From assembly GCA_024707325.1 (NCBI GenBank), contig JANPZY010000003.1:17361-81360 (forward strand): a stretch of DNA of 64,000 nucleotides. Reading direction: 5' to 3'. The translations under genes were made by a program, and so were the position numbers. How positions within the stretch are numbered: position 1 is the stretch's first letter; each line of letters starts with the position of its first letter. The DNA is from Opitutus sp. GTDB lineage: Bacteria > Verrucomicrobiota > Verrucomicrobiia > Opitutales > Opitutaceae. Shown here one piece after another: positions 52,097 through 62,023 of this stretch. The notes beneath the pieces were generated by a model. It ran no database searches, was not told where the DNA came from, and saw only the letters and a list, made by a program, of their open reading frames with translations.

Positions 52097-54652
52097 ATGC
52101 TCCGTCCCGTCTCGAGCGCCGCCGCCTCCGAAACCGATCTCTTCGCCGCGCTCACGCCCGACCTCGCCGCGTGGTTTCGCCGACGTTTCGGTCACTTCGC
52201 GCCCGCGCAGCTTCAGGCGATTCCCGAAATTCTCTCGGGCCGCTCCGTCCTCGTTTCCTCGCCGACCGGCAGCGGCAAAACGCTCGCCGCGTTTCTCGGC
52301 ATTTTCGATCACCTCGCGCGCCTGAAAAACGCCGACGAGCTCCCGCCCGGCATCGTCGCGGTTTACGTTTCCCCACTGCGCGCGCTGGCCTACGATCTGC
52401 AGAAAAATCTCCAGCAACCGCTCGCCGAACTCGGTTGGGACTGGATTTGTGTTGGCGTGCGCTCGGGTGACACGACCCAGGCCGAACGCGCCAAACAGCG
52501 TCGCAAGCCGCCCCACCTGCTCGTCACCACACCCGAAAGTCTGACGCTCCTGCTCAGCCAGCCGGGCTGGCTCTCCGCCTTTCGCGATACGCGATTTCTG
52601 ATCGCCGACGAACTTCACGCGCTCGCGGAGAACAAACGCGGCTCGATGCTCATGATCGCCGCCGAGCGACTCGAGGAAATCGCCCGCACTCCCCTCGTCC
52701 GCATCGGCCTTTCAGCGACGGTGTCACCGCTCTCCACGCTCGCGGAGTTTCTCGTCGGTCCCGGTCGCGAATGCCGGACCATCGAAATCGTCGAGCGAAA
52801 GCCGGCCCACATCGAGGTGTTCTCACCGCTCCGCGCCAACGCGTATCCACCGGCCGGTTACACCGCCACGCGCGTGTTGCGCGAGTTGGGCGACTTGCTG
52901 CTCCGCCACGAGACCACGCTCATCTTCACCAACACCCGTAGCGGCGCCGAATCGATTGGCCTGCGACTCAAGCAACTTCTGCCCAGGCTCGAATCGCAGA
53001 TCGAGGTGCACCACGCCTCGCTCGATCGCAGCGTGCGACTGGAAATCGAGGATCGTCTGAAGCGCGGTGAACTCCGCGCCGTGGTCTGCTCCACGTCGCT
53101 CGAGATGGGCATCGACATCGGTTCGATCGATCTCGTCGTGATGGTCTCCGCGCCCAAAGGCGTCGCGCGCGCGCTTCAGCGCATCGGCCGGTCCGGTCAT
53201 TCGATGGGTCGCACAAGTCACGGCGTGCTCGTCGCGAGCAACATCAACGACCTCGCCGAGTGCGCCGTCACTGCGCTCATGATGACGCGACGCGAACTCG
53301 AGCCGGTGAAGATCCCCGAGAATCCGCGTGACGTGCTCGCGCAGACGCTCGTCGGCCTCGCCGTCTTCGAAAGCGTCACGCCGGACGAAGCGCTCGCGCT
53401 GCTCCACCGCAGCTATCCGTTCCGGCATCTCGACCGTGCCACGTTTGACCGCGTGCTGCACTATCTCCACGGCGGCGGCGCCTCGCTCGAGCGCAACTAC
53501 ACCGAAACCTTTGGGAAAATCCGCATCGACGAACACGGACACCTCGCCCTCACCCGACCACGCGTCGCGCGCGATTTCTACCAGAACATCGGCACGATCA
53601 ACACCGAGAGCATGGTGCGCGTGATCTTGAAGCGACGCGCCATCGGCCAGGTGGAGGAGAACTTCATGAAGAGTCTCCGGACCGGCGACGTTTTCGTGCT
53701 CAACGGCCGCTGCGTGCGACTCGTCAAAAGCCATCTCCTCACCGCCCACGTCGCACCCGCGGACAACCAACTCCCCACCGTGCCGCGCTGGTATGCGAAC
53801 AAGATGCCACTTGCGTCCGGCCTCGCCGCCGAAGTCGTGCGCCTGCGGACGGAACTCGCGCGCCGGCTCACCCATCCCGCCGAGAGCGAGGACGCCGCCG
53901 TGCAGTATCTGATTTCCGAATACGATCTATCGCGCGCCAATGCCCACGCGCTCGTGCAACACTTCGCGCTGCAGGCGCAGATTTCCGTGATTCCCACCGC
54001 GGAGAAATTTCTCATCGAGGTCTTCCGCGAAGGCGATCTCGTGCACTACTTCTTCCACGCCCTGATCGGCCGCTCGGCCAACGACGCGCTGTCGCGCATC
54101 GTCGCGCAGCGCGTGCAGGAAACCAAAGGCGGCAACGCGCTCGCGACGATCGACGACTACGGTTTCCTCCTGAGCCTGCGTTCGTTTCAGGTGATGACGC
54201 GGGAGGAACTCGCGCACTTGTTTCGCCGCGAAGGAGCCGAGGACGCGCTGCGCGCCGCGCTCGCGGATGCATCGCTCGTGAAATGGCAGTTTCGCGGCGT
54301 CGCGCAGACCGGCCTCATGGTGCCGCGACGCACACACGGCGTGGAGCGCGGCGCGCGCATGCTGCAGTGGAGCGCCGAGATCATCTTCGAAGTGCTGCGC
54401 CAGCACGAACCCGACCACCCGTTGCTGGCCGAGGCCTACGCGGAGGCGACCCAGCGTTTTCTCGATCTGCCGCGCGCGCTCCAGTTTTTGGATACGGTCC
54501 CGAATCTCGCGTGGGACTTGCGCGAGCTGAAAAAAGTGAGCCCGTTCTCGTTCGGCATCTACGTGAGCAAGATCAAGGAAACCATGACCCTCGAAGACCC
54601 CGAAACGACGATCGAGCGCCTCTTCCATCAAATGTATGGCTCCCCCGCGTGA
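52097..54652 (+). CDS. lhr: Ligase-associated DEXH-box helicase (Lhr-like)
   Basis: SSPTGSGKTLAAF, DELH and the C-terminal Lhr domains. 851 aa. Confidence 0.9.
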   Translation: MLRPVSSAAASETDLFAALTPDLAAWFRRRFGHFAPAQLQAIPEILSGRSVLVSSPTGSGKTLAAFLGIFDHLARLKNADELPPGIVAVYVSPLRALAYDLQKNLQQPLAELGWDWICVGVRSGDTTQAERAKQRRKPPHLLVTTPESLTLLLSQPGWLSAFRDTRFLIADELHALAENKRGSMLMIAAERLEEIARTPLVRIGLSATVSPLSTLAEFLVGPGRECRTIEIVERKPAHIEVFSPLRANAYPPAGYTATRVLRELGDLLLRHETTLIFTNTRSGAESIGLRLKQLLPRLESQIEVHHASLDRSVRLEIEDRLKRGELRAVVCSTSLEMGIDIGSIDLVVMVSAPKGVARALQRIGRSGHSMGRTSHGVLVASNINDLAECAVTALMMTRRELEPVKIPENPRDVLAQTLVGLAVFESVTPDEALALLHRSYPFRHLDRATFDRVLHYLHGGGASLERNYTETFGKIRIDEHGHLALTRPRVARDFYQNIGTINTESMVRVILKRRAIGQVEENFMKSLRTGDVFVLNGRCVRLVKSHLLTAHVAPADNQLPTVPRWYANKMPLASGLAAEVVRLRTELARRLTHPAESEDAAVQYLISEYDLSRANAHALVQHFALQAQISVIPTAEKFLIEVFREGDLVHYFFHALIGRSANDALSRIVAQRVQETKGGNALATIDDYGFLLSLRSFQVMTREELAHLFRREGAEDALRAALADASLVKWQFRGVAQTGLMVPRRTHGVERGARMLQWSAEIIFEVLRQHEPDHPLLAEAYAEATQRFLDLPRALQFLDTVPNLAWDLRELKKVSPFSFGIYVSKIKETMTLEDPETTIERLFHQMYGSPA

Positions 54653-54660
54653 ACCACAAC

Positions 54661-54677
54661 GTCAACTAATAGTTGAC
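54661..54677. other. Perfect 17-bp AT-rich palindrome
   Basis: GTCAACTA-A-TAGTTGAC, 9 nt after the lhr stop. Confidence 0.6.
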
Positions 54678-54711
54678 ATGTCCTCCGGCGCACTTTTCGG
54701 GCTCAGGGGAG

Positions 54712-55092
54712 TTGCGGCGGACGACGGGCTTGGTTGTCGCGGCAACATGGACCCAAAGGAAATGGGGGCGAACGCGGCCCGTGTTGCATTGCTCGCGCGG
54801 CACCTTGGCGCGATCCGGTCTGCACCCAAGCCGCGCCTGGGCTCGACATGGGACGCACTGGGTCCCGACATGGTGCGTGCTCTGGCGTGACGTGGAGCGA
54901 ACGTTAGCTCGACCCACGCCGCACCTTGGCTCGACCTGGTGCGCACCTTGGCTCGACGTGGTGCGCACCTTGGCTCGACTTGGGACGGACCTTGGCGCGA
55001 CTCGGGACACATCGTGTCCCGAGTCGGTGCGGACTTTGTCCCGACTCAATGCAGACATTGTCCCGACACGGGACGCCCCTGGGAGCGAGTCA
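54712..55092. repeat. 22-bp tandem repeat array, locus C (about 13 clear units from 54796, more degenerate upstream)
   Basis: Near-identical core copies at 54917-54938, 54939-54960 and 54961-54982 (GTGCGCACCTTGGCTCGACGTG). Flanking units are progressively degenerate. The last unit contains the A of the pdeM ATG. Confidence 0.85.
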
Positions 55093-55742
55093 TGAGCGTG
55101 CGGGTTGAATTTGCGCCGGGCGCATGGATCGATTCGAGGCTGGCGGTGTGGCTCGAGAAGTTACGCACGCTGGTCGTGGCGGATTTGCACTGGGGCTACT
55201 CGGCATCGCATCGCGCGCGCGGAAATCTGGTGCCCGTCTGGGGCGACGACGTGATCGAGCAGCGATTGCGCGCGTTGATCGCCGACTATGCCCCCGAGGA
55301 AATGATCTGGCTCGGTGATTGTTTGCACGCGGCGGAAGGGCGCGCGGGCGCAGAGCGGTTTTTGCAGGAAACGAATGTGCCGGTGGTGGTGGTGCGCGGA
55401 AATCACGACGTGCGCTGGCGCTTCGACGCGTGCGTGGAAGCGGTCACGCGCGGGCCGTTCTTTTTTCATCATGGTGACGCGTCCGTCGAGGTGCCGGAAG
55501 ACGCGATCGAGGTGATCGGACATTTGCACCCGGCAATCGTCTGGCGCGATGGCGCGGGCACGCGGCTGAAGTTGCCCGCATTGGTGGCGAGCGCGCGGCG
55601 ATGGGTGCTGCCGGCGTTCTCGCCGTGGGCGGCGGGCGCAGCGTGGCGGGCGTCGGGCGGGGAAACTTTGCACGCGATCAGCGCGAAACGCATCTTTGCG
55701 GTTGCGCCGGTGTCGCATGGAGTCGACACATCCACCCGGTGA
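55092..55742 (+). CDS. pdeM: Ligase-associated metallophosphoesterase PdeM
   Basis: VVADLHWGY, WLGDCLH, VRGNHD and GHLHP metallophosphoesterase motifs. Confidence 0.8.
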   Translation: MSVRVEFAPGAWIDSRLAVWLEKLRTLVVADLHWGYSASHRARGNLVPVWGDDVIEQRLRALIADYAPEEMIWLGDCLHAAEGRAGAERFLQETNVPVVVVRGNHDVRWRFDACVEAVTRGPFFFHHGDASVEVPEDAIEVIGHLHPAIVWRDGAGTRLKLPALVASARRWVLPAFSPWAAGAAWRASGGETLHAISAKRIFAVAPVSHGVDTSTR

Positions 55743-56572
55743 GATTTCTGCGCCACGTTTCCCTGTTGTTGCTCGCGATCGGCACATGCCATGTGTCCAC
55801 CGCGGAGCTGGCGCTCGAACCGGGAGAGCAACTGGCTTTCCGCGTGTCGTGGGGGATCTTTTTCAACGCCGGCAGCATCGAGATCTCGACCCGCGACGAA
55901 TCAACGACCGCGCGTTCGACGATGGTGGTTTCCACGAAGACCGCGACGCGTGGCGTCGTGCGGCGACTGCTGCGATTCGAGGCGATGGCGGATTCGGTTT
56001 ACGATGTGGAGAGCGGCCGGATGCTCATCCATACCGAGCAGAGTTTGAGCAGCCGCAAGAAGGCGAATTTCGCTCTGGAGTTGAACTACGAGAAGCGCCT
56101 GGCGCGGTTCACGGATTTCGTGAATCCGGATCGCACGCAGGACGTGCCGATGCCCGAGGGTCTGGTGAACGATCTCATCATGAGCCTCATCCAGACGCGC
56201 TCGTGGGACATGAAGCCCGGCGACAAGCGCGACATCAACGTGGCCTTCGAAAAAGACATCTACGAACTCACGGTATATGCGCTGCGCTACGAAACGGTGG
56301 AGACGCCGCTCGGGAAGTTTCGCACGCTGGTGTTTCAGCCGCGCATGGAGAAGACGCCGCCGAAAGGCATGTTCAAGCGCGGCTCGACGGTGCAGGTGTG
56401 GATCGCACAGGACGATCCGCGAAAACTCCCCGTGAAGTTCGAAGTGGAGTTCAAATTCGGCGCGGGCGTCGCGACACTTGTGAAACACACGCCGGCGGGC
56501 GCCTCCGCGACCGCAACCGCCGCGACCGACGCGAGCGCGGAAGAAACTGAGAACGAGACCGCGCTCGACTAG
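55739..56572 (+). CDS. DUF3108-like secreted protein
   Basis: The GTG start overlaps the pdeM stop (GTGA). It has a signal peptide. LAFRVSWGIFFNAGSIEI... resembles DUF3108 from memory. Confidence 0.55.
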   Translation: MRFLRHVSLLLLAIGTCHVSTAELALEPGEQLAFRVSWGIFFNAGSIEISTRDESTTARSTMVVSTKTATRGVVRRLLRFEAMADSVYDVESGRMLIHTEQSLSSRKKANFALELNYEKRLARFTDFVNPDRTQDVPMPEGLVNDLIMSLIQTRSWDMKPGDKRDINVAFEKDIYELTVYALRYETVETPLGKFRTLVFQPRMEKTPPKGMFKRGSTVQVWIAQDDPRKLPVKFEVEFKFGAGVATLVKHTPAGASATATAATDASAEETENETALD

Positions 56573-57129
56573 AGCTTGCGCGCAGGTTTGCCCGCAGCGG
56601 CGCGCCGATCCCACACGAAGCGCCACGGTTTCGCGGCCCAGATTTCCCCGGCGTAATCCACGCCGATGCGCGGCGTGGTGCGGACTTCGACGCGACGCGG
56701 TTTCACGCCTTCGTCCTCTATCCACAATCCGGATACAGGCTCGGCTGGCGCGGCGTTGAGCGTGCGATCGATCGCAAGGTTCTTGGTCACGCGACCAGGC
56801 CCGCTGAGTCCCTCGACACCACGAATCAAAATCGCCGCGGGACAATCGGGCGGACCGACCACGAGATTGAGCATCTCGTGAATGCCATAGCAGAGGTAAA
56901 CATACCAAACGCCGCCCGGCCCATACATGACCTCGGTGCGACGCGTGCGACCGGCGCGCGCGTGGCAGGCGAGATCGTGTTCGCCGTCGTAGGCCTCGAC
57001 CTCGGTGATCGCGCGAGACTCGATGCGACCGTCAGGCCAGCGGCGAACGAGATGCTTTCCCAACAGGCTGCGGGCGAGAACGAGCGTGCGGCGCGATTGC
57101 CAAACTTTCGCTTCGATTACGCTGCCCAT
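56569..57129 (-). CDS. mpg: DNA-3-methyladenine glycosylase (Mpg/AAG family)
   Basis: LLGKHLVRR...ITEVEAYDGEHDLACHA...GGVWYVYLCYGIHEMLN. Confidence 0.85.
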   Translation of the reverse strand: MGSVIEAKVWQSRRTLVLARSLLGKHLVRRWPDGRIESRAITEVEAYDGEHDLACHARAGRTRRTEVMYGPGGVWYVYLCYGIHEMLNLVVGPPDCPAAILIRGVEGLSGPGRVTKNLAIDRTLNAAPAEPVSGLWIEDEGVKPRRVEVRTTPRIGVDYAGEIWAAKPWRFVWDRRAAAGKPARKL

Positions 57130-57166
57130 GTCGTTTGACTCCGCATCGCACGAACGAACGCAAACG

Positions 57167-58069
57167 ATGGCCGCCGTCCAACCGCATTTTTTCACGCTCA
57201 CCGGCAACCTGCTCGCCGAGCGCACGCTGGAGTTTTCCACGTGGTCGGCGGGCGCCACGCAGCGCGCGCGGCGCGAGACGTTTCAGGTCGGCGGCAAAGG
57301 CATCAACGTCGCGAAAATGCTCGCGCGACTCGGCACACCGCACACGGCGCTGTGTTTCACCGGAGGCGCAACCGGTGCGGAGTGCGAGGCGTGGCTGCGC
57401 GAACGCGGGTTTTCGTTTCGCAGCTTTTCGAGTCAGACCGCGACGCGCGCGGGCGTGGTCGTGCGCGGAGGTGAACACGCGGAAACGACATTTCTCGGAC
57501 CCGATGTCGCGCCGAGTGCGGACGCACTCGCGCAATGCGCAGAGTTTCTCGATGCGCAGGGCGACGGAAACGTGCTCGCACTTTGCGGCAGCGCGCCCGG
57601 CTGGGCCGACGAGACGTATGCGCCCGTGCGCACGGCGCTGGAACGTTGGGCCGCGCGCGGTGTGCTCGTGGTCGACAGCTACGGTCCGCCGCTCGGGTGG
57701 GCCGTGCAGCAGCCCACTGCGCTTGTAAAGATCAACGCCACTGAGCTGCGCGGACTCGCAGTGGGGAGCGAAGCCGTGCCGGAGCGGTTGGAGAAGCTGC
57801 GCCGCGAAGCGCAAGTGCAACGCTGGATCGTGACAGGCGGCCCCGGTGCCGTCTGGGTCTGCGATCGCGAAACGGCGCCGATTTCGTTTACTCCGCCCCC
57901 GGTGCAGGAAGTTTCCGCCACGGGCTCAGGCGATGTGTTGCTGGCTTGCGTGTTGGAGCTCTTCTGTCGCCAAAGCATGGCGCTAAAAGAGGCGGTGCAA
58001 CATGCGTTGCCGTATGCTTCGGCCAACGCAGCGCATCCCGGAATCGCGGAATTTGTGCTGCCGGTTTAG
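57167..58069 (+). CDS. PfkB-family sugar kinase (1-phosphofructokinase-like)
   Basis: VGGKGINVAKML and TGSGDVLLA motifs. An alternative ATG lies at 57128. Confidence 0.75.
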   Translation: MAAVQPHFFTLTGNLLAERTLEFSTWSAGATQRARRETFQVGGKGINVAKMLARLGTPHTALCFTGGATGAECEAWLRERGFSFRSFSSQTATRAGVVVRGGEHAETTFLGPDVAPSADALAQCAEFLDAQGDGNVLALCGSAPGWADETYAPVRTALERWAARGVLVVDSYGPPLGWAVQQPTALVKINATELRGLAVGSEAVPERLEKLRREAQVQRWIVTGGPGAVWVCDRETAPISFTPPPVQEVSATGSGDVLLACVLELFCRQSMALKEAVQHALPYASANAAHPGIAEFVLPV

Positions 58070-58162
58070 CAAGGAGCGCTTGTTGGTAAAAATCTCCCGA
58101 GCGGGAACAAATTAATCCTTGCTTTCACCTCCCCAGAACCGCTTTATCCGCGGTTTATTTTT

Positions 58163-58477
58163 ATGAAAGCCACTATCAAGACCCAAGGACAGCAGTTCAC
58201 TGTCACCGAGGGCGACATTCTGATCGTCAATCGCTATCCGAATACGGAAGCTGGTGCGACCGTGGAGATTAAGGACGTCCTCGCGGCGGGTGAAGGTGCC
58301 GATTTCAAGGTGGGCACGCCTCTCCTGTCCGGCGCTTCGGTCTCGGCCAAGATCCTCGAGAACAAGCGCGGCAAGAAGGTCATCGTTTTCAAGAAGAAGA
58401 AGCGCAAGGGCATGGAGCGTAAGCGCGGCCATCGCCAGGAGCTTTCCGTCATCAAGATTGAAACTATCAACGCCTAA
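58163..58477 (+). CDS. rplU: 50S ribosomal protein L21
   Basis: [18 protein letters not shown]...[15 protein letters not shown]. Confidence 0.95.
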   Translation: MKATIKTQGQQFTVTEGDILIVNRYPNTEAGATVEIKDVLAAGEGADFKVGTPLLSGASVSAKILENKRGKKVIVFKKKKRKGMERKRGHRQELSVIKIETINA

Positions 58478-58491
58478 GGAGCACACACGTC

Positions 58492-58740
58492 ATGGCGCAT
58501 AAAACAGGTCAGGGAACTTCAGCCAACGGACGCGAGAGCAAGTCGAAGCGTCTCGGCGTGAAACGTTTTGGCGGTCAGTCGGTCCTCGCCGGCACGATCA
58601 TCATGCGTCAGCGCGGCAGCAAGCTGCACGCCGGCAAGAACGTCGGCACCGGCCGCGACTGGACGCTCTTCGCGCTGAAGGACGGCGTGGTGAAGTTCGA
58701 CAAGGCTCACCGCCGCGTCGAAGTCGTCGCCGCCAGCTAA
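58492..58740 (+). CDS. rpmA: 50S ribosomal protein L27
   Basis: [28 protein letters not shown]. Confidence 0.95.
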   Translation: MAHKTGQGTSANGRESKSKRLGVKRFGGQSVLAGTIIMRQRGSKLHAGKNVGTGRDWTLFALKDGVVKFDKAHRRVEVVAAS

Positions 58741-58770
58741 GCCGCGAAACTTCCTCCTCTCTCTTTTCAA

Positions 58771-58802
58771 AGCGCCGGATTGTCCGGCGCTTTTTTGTTT
58801 TT
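58771..58802 (+). terminator. Intrinsic terminator after rpmA
   Basis: AGCGCCGGA, loop TTG, TCCGGCGCT, then TTTTTGTTTTT. Confidence 0.8.
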
Positions 58803-58817
58803 GCTGTGCGGCAGACG
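58772..58817 (+). repeat. Direct repeat, left copy (rpmA terminator plus 15 nt)
   Basis: GCGCCGGATTGTCCGGCGCTTTTTTGTTTTTGCTGTGCGGCAGACG. About 80 percent identical to 61961-62004. Confidence 0.6.
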
Positions 58818-58888
58818 CGAGTGCCGCAGTGGAGGCGGGCTTACGACATCGCCGAAACTGCCCGCGCTCCATCTCAGGTCCAGCGGGG

Positions 58889-61804
58889 TTATCGCACGGT
58901 GACCTTAAAGACCGTTTGGGCGCTGGCGTGACCGTCGCTAACGGTCACCGTAATGGTCGCGACACCGGTCGCGCGTGCGACCGGACGGACCTTGATGGCG
59001 CGCGTCTTCCCCGTGCCTTTTAACTCGATGCCCGAGGCAGGCACCAGCTTGGTATTCGACGATCGTGCCGTCACGCGCAGCTTCGAGGCCCCGGTCTCCT
59101 TGTCGCTCACCTTGAACTTCAACGTCGGCGTAGCGCGACCGCGTCCGATCGACTGGTCAGCGATTGTAGAGATCGTAGGCACCGAATTAACCGTGACCTT
59201 AAACGAGGTGCTCGTGCTCGCGTAAGCATCGCTCACCGTGAGCGTGATCTTGGCCGAGCCGCGTTTTCCTTTGGTCGGAGCGACCGTCACGGTGCGGTTC
59301 TTCCCGGAGCCCCCCCAAGCACGATTCCTTTGGTCGGGACCAGCGACGTCTTCGAGGATTTTGCGGAGACCTTGAGCTTGGAAACAGCAGTCTCGCCATC
59401 GGAAAGCGTGAACTTCAGCGGCTTGGTTTTGCCGCCAACGGAAATCGTCTGGTCCGCGATTTTCGAAACCTTCGGCGGCGAGTGAACGATGACCTTGAAA
59501 CTGCGAGTGCTGCTGAAGGTGCCGTCGTTTGCAGTAAGCGTAATTTTTGCCGAGCCGGCCTTCTTCGTGGCAGGCTTCAGCGTGAGCGTCCGGTTGTCGC
59601 CGCTACCGCTCAATGTCACACGCGAATGCGGCAGAAGTGTTTTATTCGAAGACGAGCGCGTGAGCTTCACTTTGCTTATCGCGGTGTCCGCATCGCTGAG
59701 CGATACCGTAACCTTCGCACTACCGCCCTTCGCAATCACGACATCTTTGATCTTCGCGATCTTGGGCGGATGAGCCTGCACTCCTCGGCGGATGGAATCA
59801 TTACCGGAATCGGCGACATAGATCACGTCATTCACATCCACGGCAATTCCCCTGGGGCCATTAAACTTCGCGCCGTTTCCAGTTCCGTCTGTGGCTCCCG
59901 CGAGTGATCCGCCAGCGATCGTAGTCACCATTCCTTCCTTGGTGATCTTACGGATTGCATCGCTGTTATAGTCTGAGACGAACACATTTCCCTTTGAGTC
60001 CACCGCAATACCGTGGGGAGACCTAAAACGCGCCTTGCTGCCCTTTCCGTCCACATGGCCGGAGGCGTGCGGCGAACCAGCAAGAGTCGTGACCACCCCT
60101 GATTTGCTGACTTTGCGGATGGTGCTCGAAGAGTCTGCAACGTAGATTGTCCCATCCGACGTCACTGCCAGATCGATAGGATAGGAAAATCGCGCGTCCG
60201 CCCCTTTTCCATCGGCCCACCCCGCAACACCGGGTTCACCTGCGAGGGTGCTCACCTGCCCTGCAGGCGTAATTTTCCTAATGACGTGATTGTGGATGTC
60301 CGCGACATAGAGGTTGTTCTTTTGGTCGAGCGCTATGCCGCCGAGCCCAAAAACAGTGCGTTCGATGCAGCGCCATCAGCCCAGCCGGCTGCATTTGGCC
60401 CTCCGGCAAAAAACGTAACTGTTCCACCGCTTGATAGCACCCGGATGGTATCGCTCCCGTCCCCAAAATAAAGCAGTCCATCGCTGCTCACAGCCATCCC
60501 GTCCGGATAATACATCAACGCATTCGCAGCTCCGTTGGCATACCCCATTTTCCCCGCCACTCCGGCGATTGTCTCCACTTTCCCGTCAACAATTTTCCGG
60601 ATCGTGTGATTCCCCGAATCCGCAACGTAGATGGCTCCGTTTTTATCTACTTTAACGTTCGCAGGCTCCAAGAACCGAGCCTGCGCGAGAGATCCGTCCG
60701 CGATTCCACGTCCGTCGAATCCTGCGAAAGTGGTGACTTCCCCATTCGGTGAAACCTTGCGGATGACATTCGCGACATTGATCGCCAAGTAGAGAGTGCC
60801 GTCACTATCGCAGGTCATTCCTGCGGGTCCAGTGTTAGCCAGAGAGTGCACGGCACCGCTGACATTTCCCCCTGAACGACCGGTATTTGACCTCCTTTCG
60901 GTGAGATTTTGATAATCTCCTCACCCTTCTCATCTGCGACGTAAATATTACCCGCCGAATCACGGCACATCGCCGACACGATCGGCAGTTCTAGAGACGG
61001 TGTGGTCACCTTCCCCTTGGGCGTGACCTTTCGCAAAATGCCGTTGTCACGCACCCACAGATTCCCTGTGTCATCTAAAAGGATGCTTTCTGGATACGAA
61101 AAGCGTGCTGCGGATCCCGTTCCATCTTGGTGACCGCTTTGTTCGGCCTTTCCGGCCAGCGTAGTCACATTGCCTTTAACGTCGATTCGCCGAATCGTGT
61201 AATTGTGAGAATCAGCTACATATAGCGTCCCATCCGGAGCGCAGGCGATTCCGCGGGGATCTTGGAACGTTGCATTACGCGCTGTTCCATCGCGCGAGCC
61301 CCGCTCTCTAGGGCGACCCGCGAACGTGCTTACCATACCTGCAGGCGTCACCTTTCGGATTACCGAAGTCGCCGTATCGGCAACGTAGAGATTCCCCTTC
61401 GCATCGAGAGCCATACCGGTGGGCTCCGCGAGCTCCACTTCCAGCCCGACTCCATCGAGATGCCCCCGAACACCCGCTTTCCCAACAAACGTAGTCACGA
61501 CCCCATCTCGGGTAATCTTCCGGATCACATGATTATACGTATCCGCGACGTAGATCGTGCCTTCACCATCGGCGAGCACTCCCTCAGGCTCATTAAACCG
61601 CGCCGCCGATCCTTTGCCGTCAGCGCTGCCTTGGCTCGCTCGGCCAGCAATGGTCGTGAACGTATAGGGAACGTCGTAGTTGATCTGCGCAAACCCCACC
61701 ACGGCCGCACCTAACACGCTCCCTACCAGCGCAAGCACGCGAAACGCGTGCTCGAATTTAGAAAAACCCGCGCGCAACGACGCCGATAGAAGGGGCATGA
61801 TCAT
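58889..61804 (-). pseudogene. Large secreted NHL-repeat protein with C-terminal Ig-like domains, frame broken three times
   Basis: Signal/TM N-terminus, then more than 12 NHL-type repeats (YVADSGNHTIRKI-like) and 4 Ig-like modules (GSAKITLT..D). The breaks lie at C5 60868-60872, A5 60349-60353 and C7 59310-59316. Lengthening each run by one base restores the frame. Confidence 0.8.
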
Positions 61805-61960
61805 GGGGACGCTGGAAACGTGAGCGCTCGATCCTCGGAATAGAGTAATCCGTCGGACCGCGCGCGGAGACGCTTGATCATCGGGCTACATCGCAACGCC
61901 GCGAGCCCGTATTTCCGGGAAAATATCCTGATTCGATCAATCGTCCCGCCTTCAATTATC

Positions 61961-62004
61961 GCGCCTTGTTCTCCGCGCTTTTTGTTTTTGCCGCACGGCA
62001 GACG
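61961..62004 (+). repeat. Direct repeat, right copy (degenerate terminator copy)
   Basis: GCGCCTTGTTCTCCGCGCTTTTTGTTTTTGCCGCACGGCAGACG. Confidence 0.6.
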
Positions 62005-62023
62005 TTTTTCGACGATCCTCCTC

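Noticed and set aside
54939-55091. Longer pdeM ORF starting at 54939
   Set aside because: The extension is translated from the 22-bp repeats, whose period is not a multiple of 3. The conserved protein starts at ATG 55092.
54712-55092. Possible CRISPR array, given the regular short repeats
   Set aside because: Units are directly adjacent with no unique spacers. The period is only 22 nt, units are degenerate, and no cas genes are nearby. The same holds for 29786-29894 and 36528-36747.
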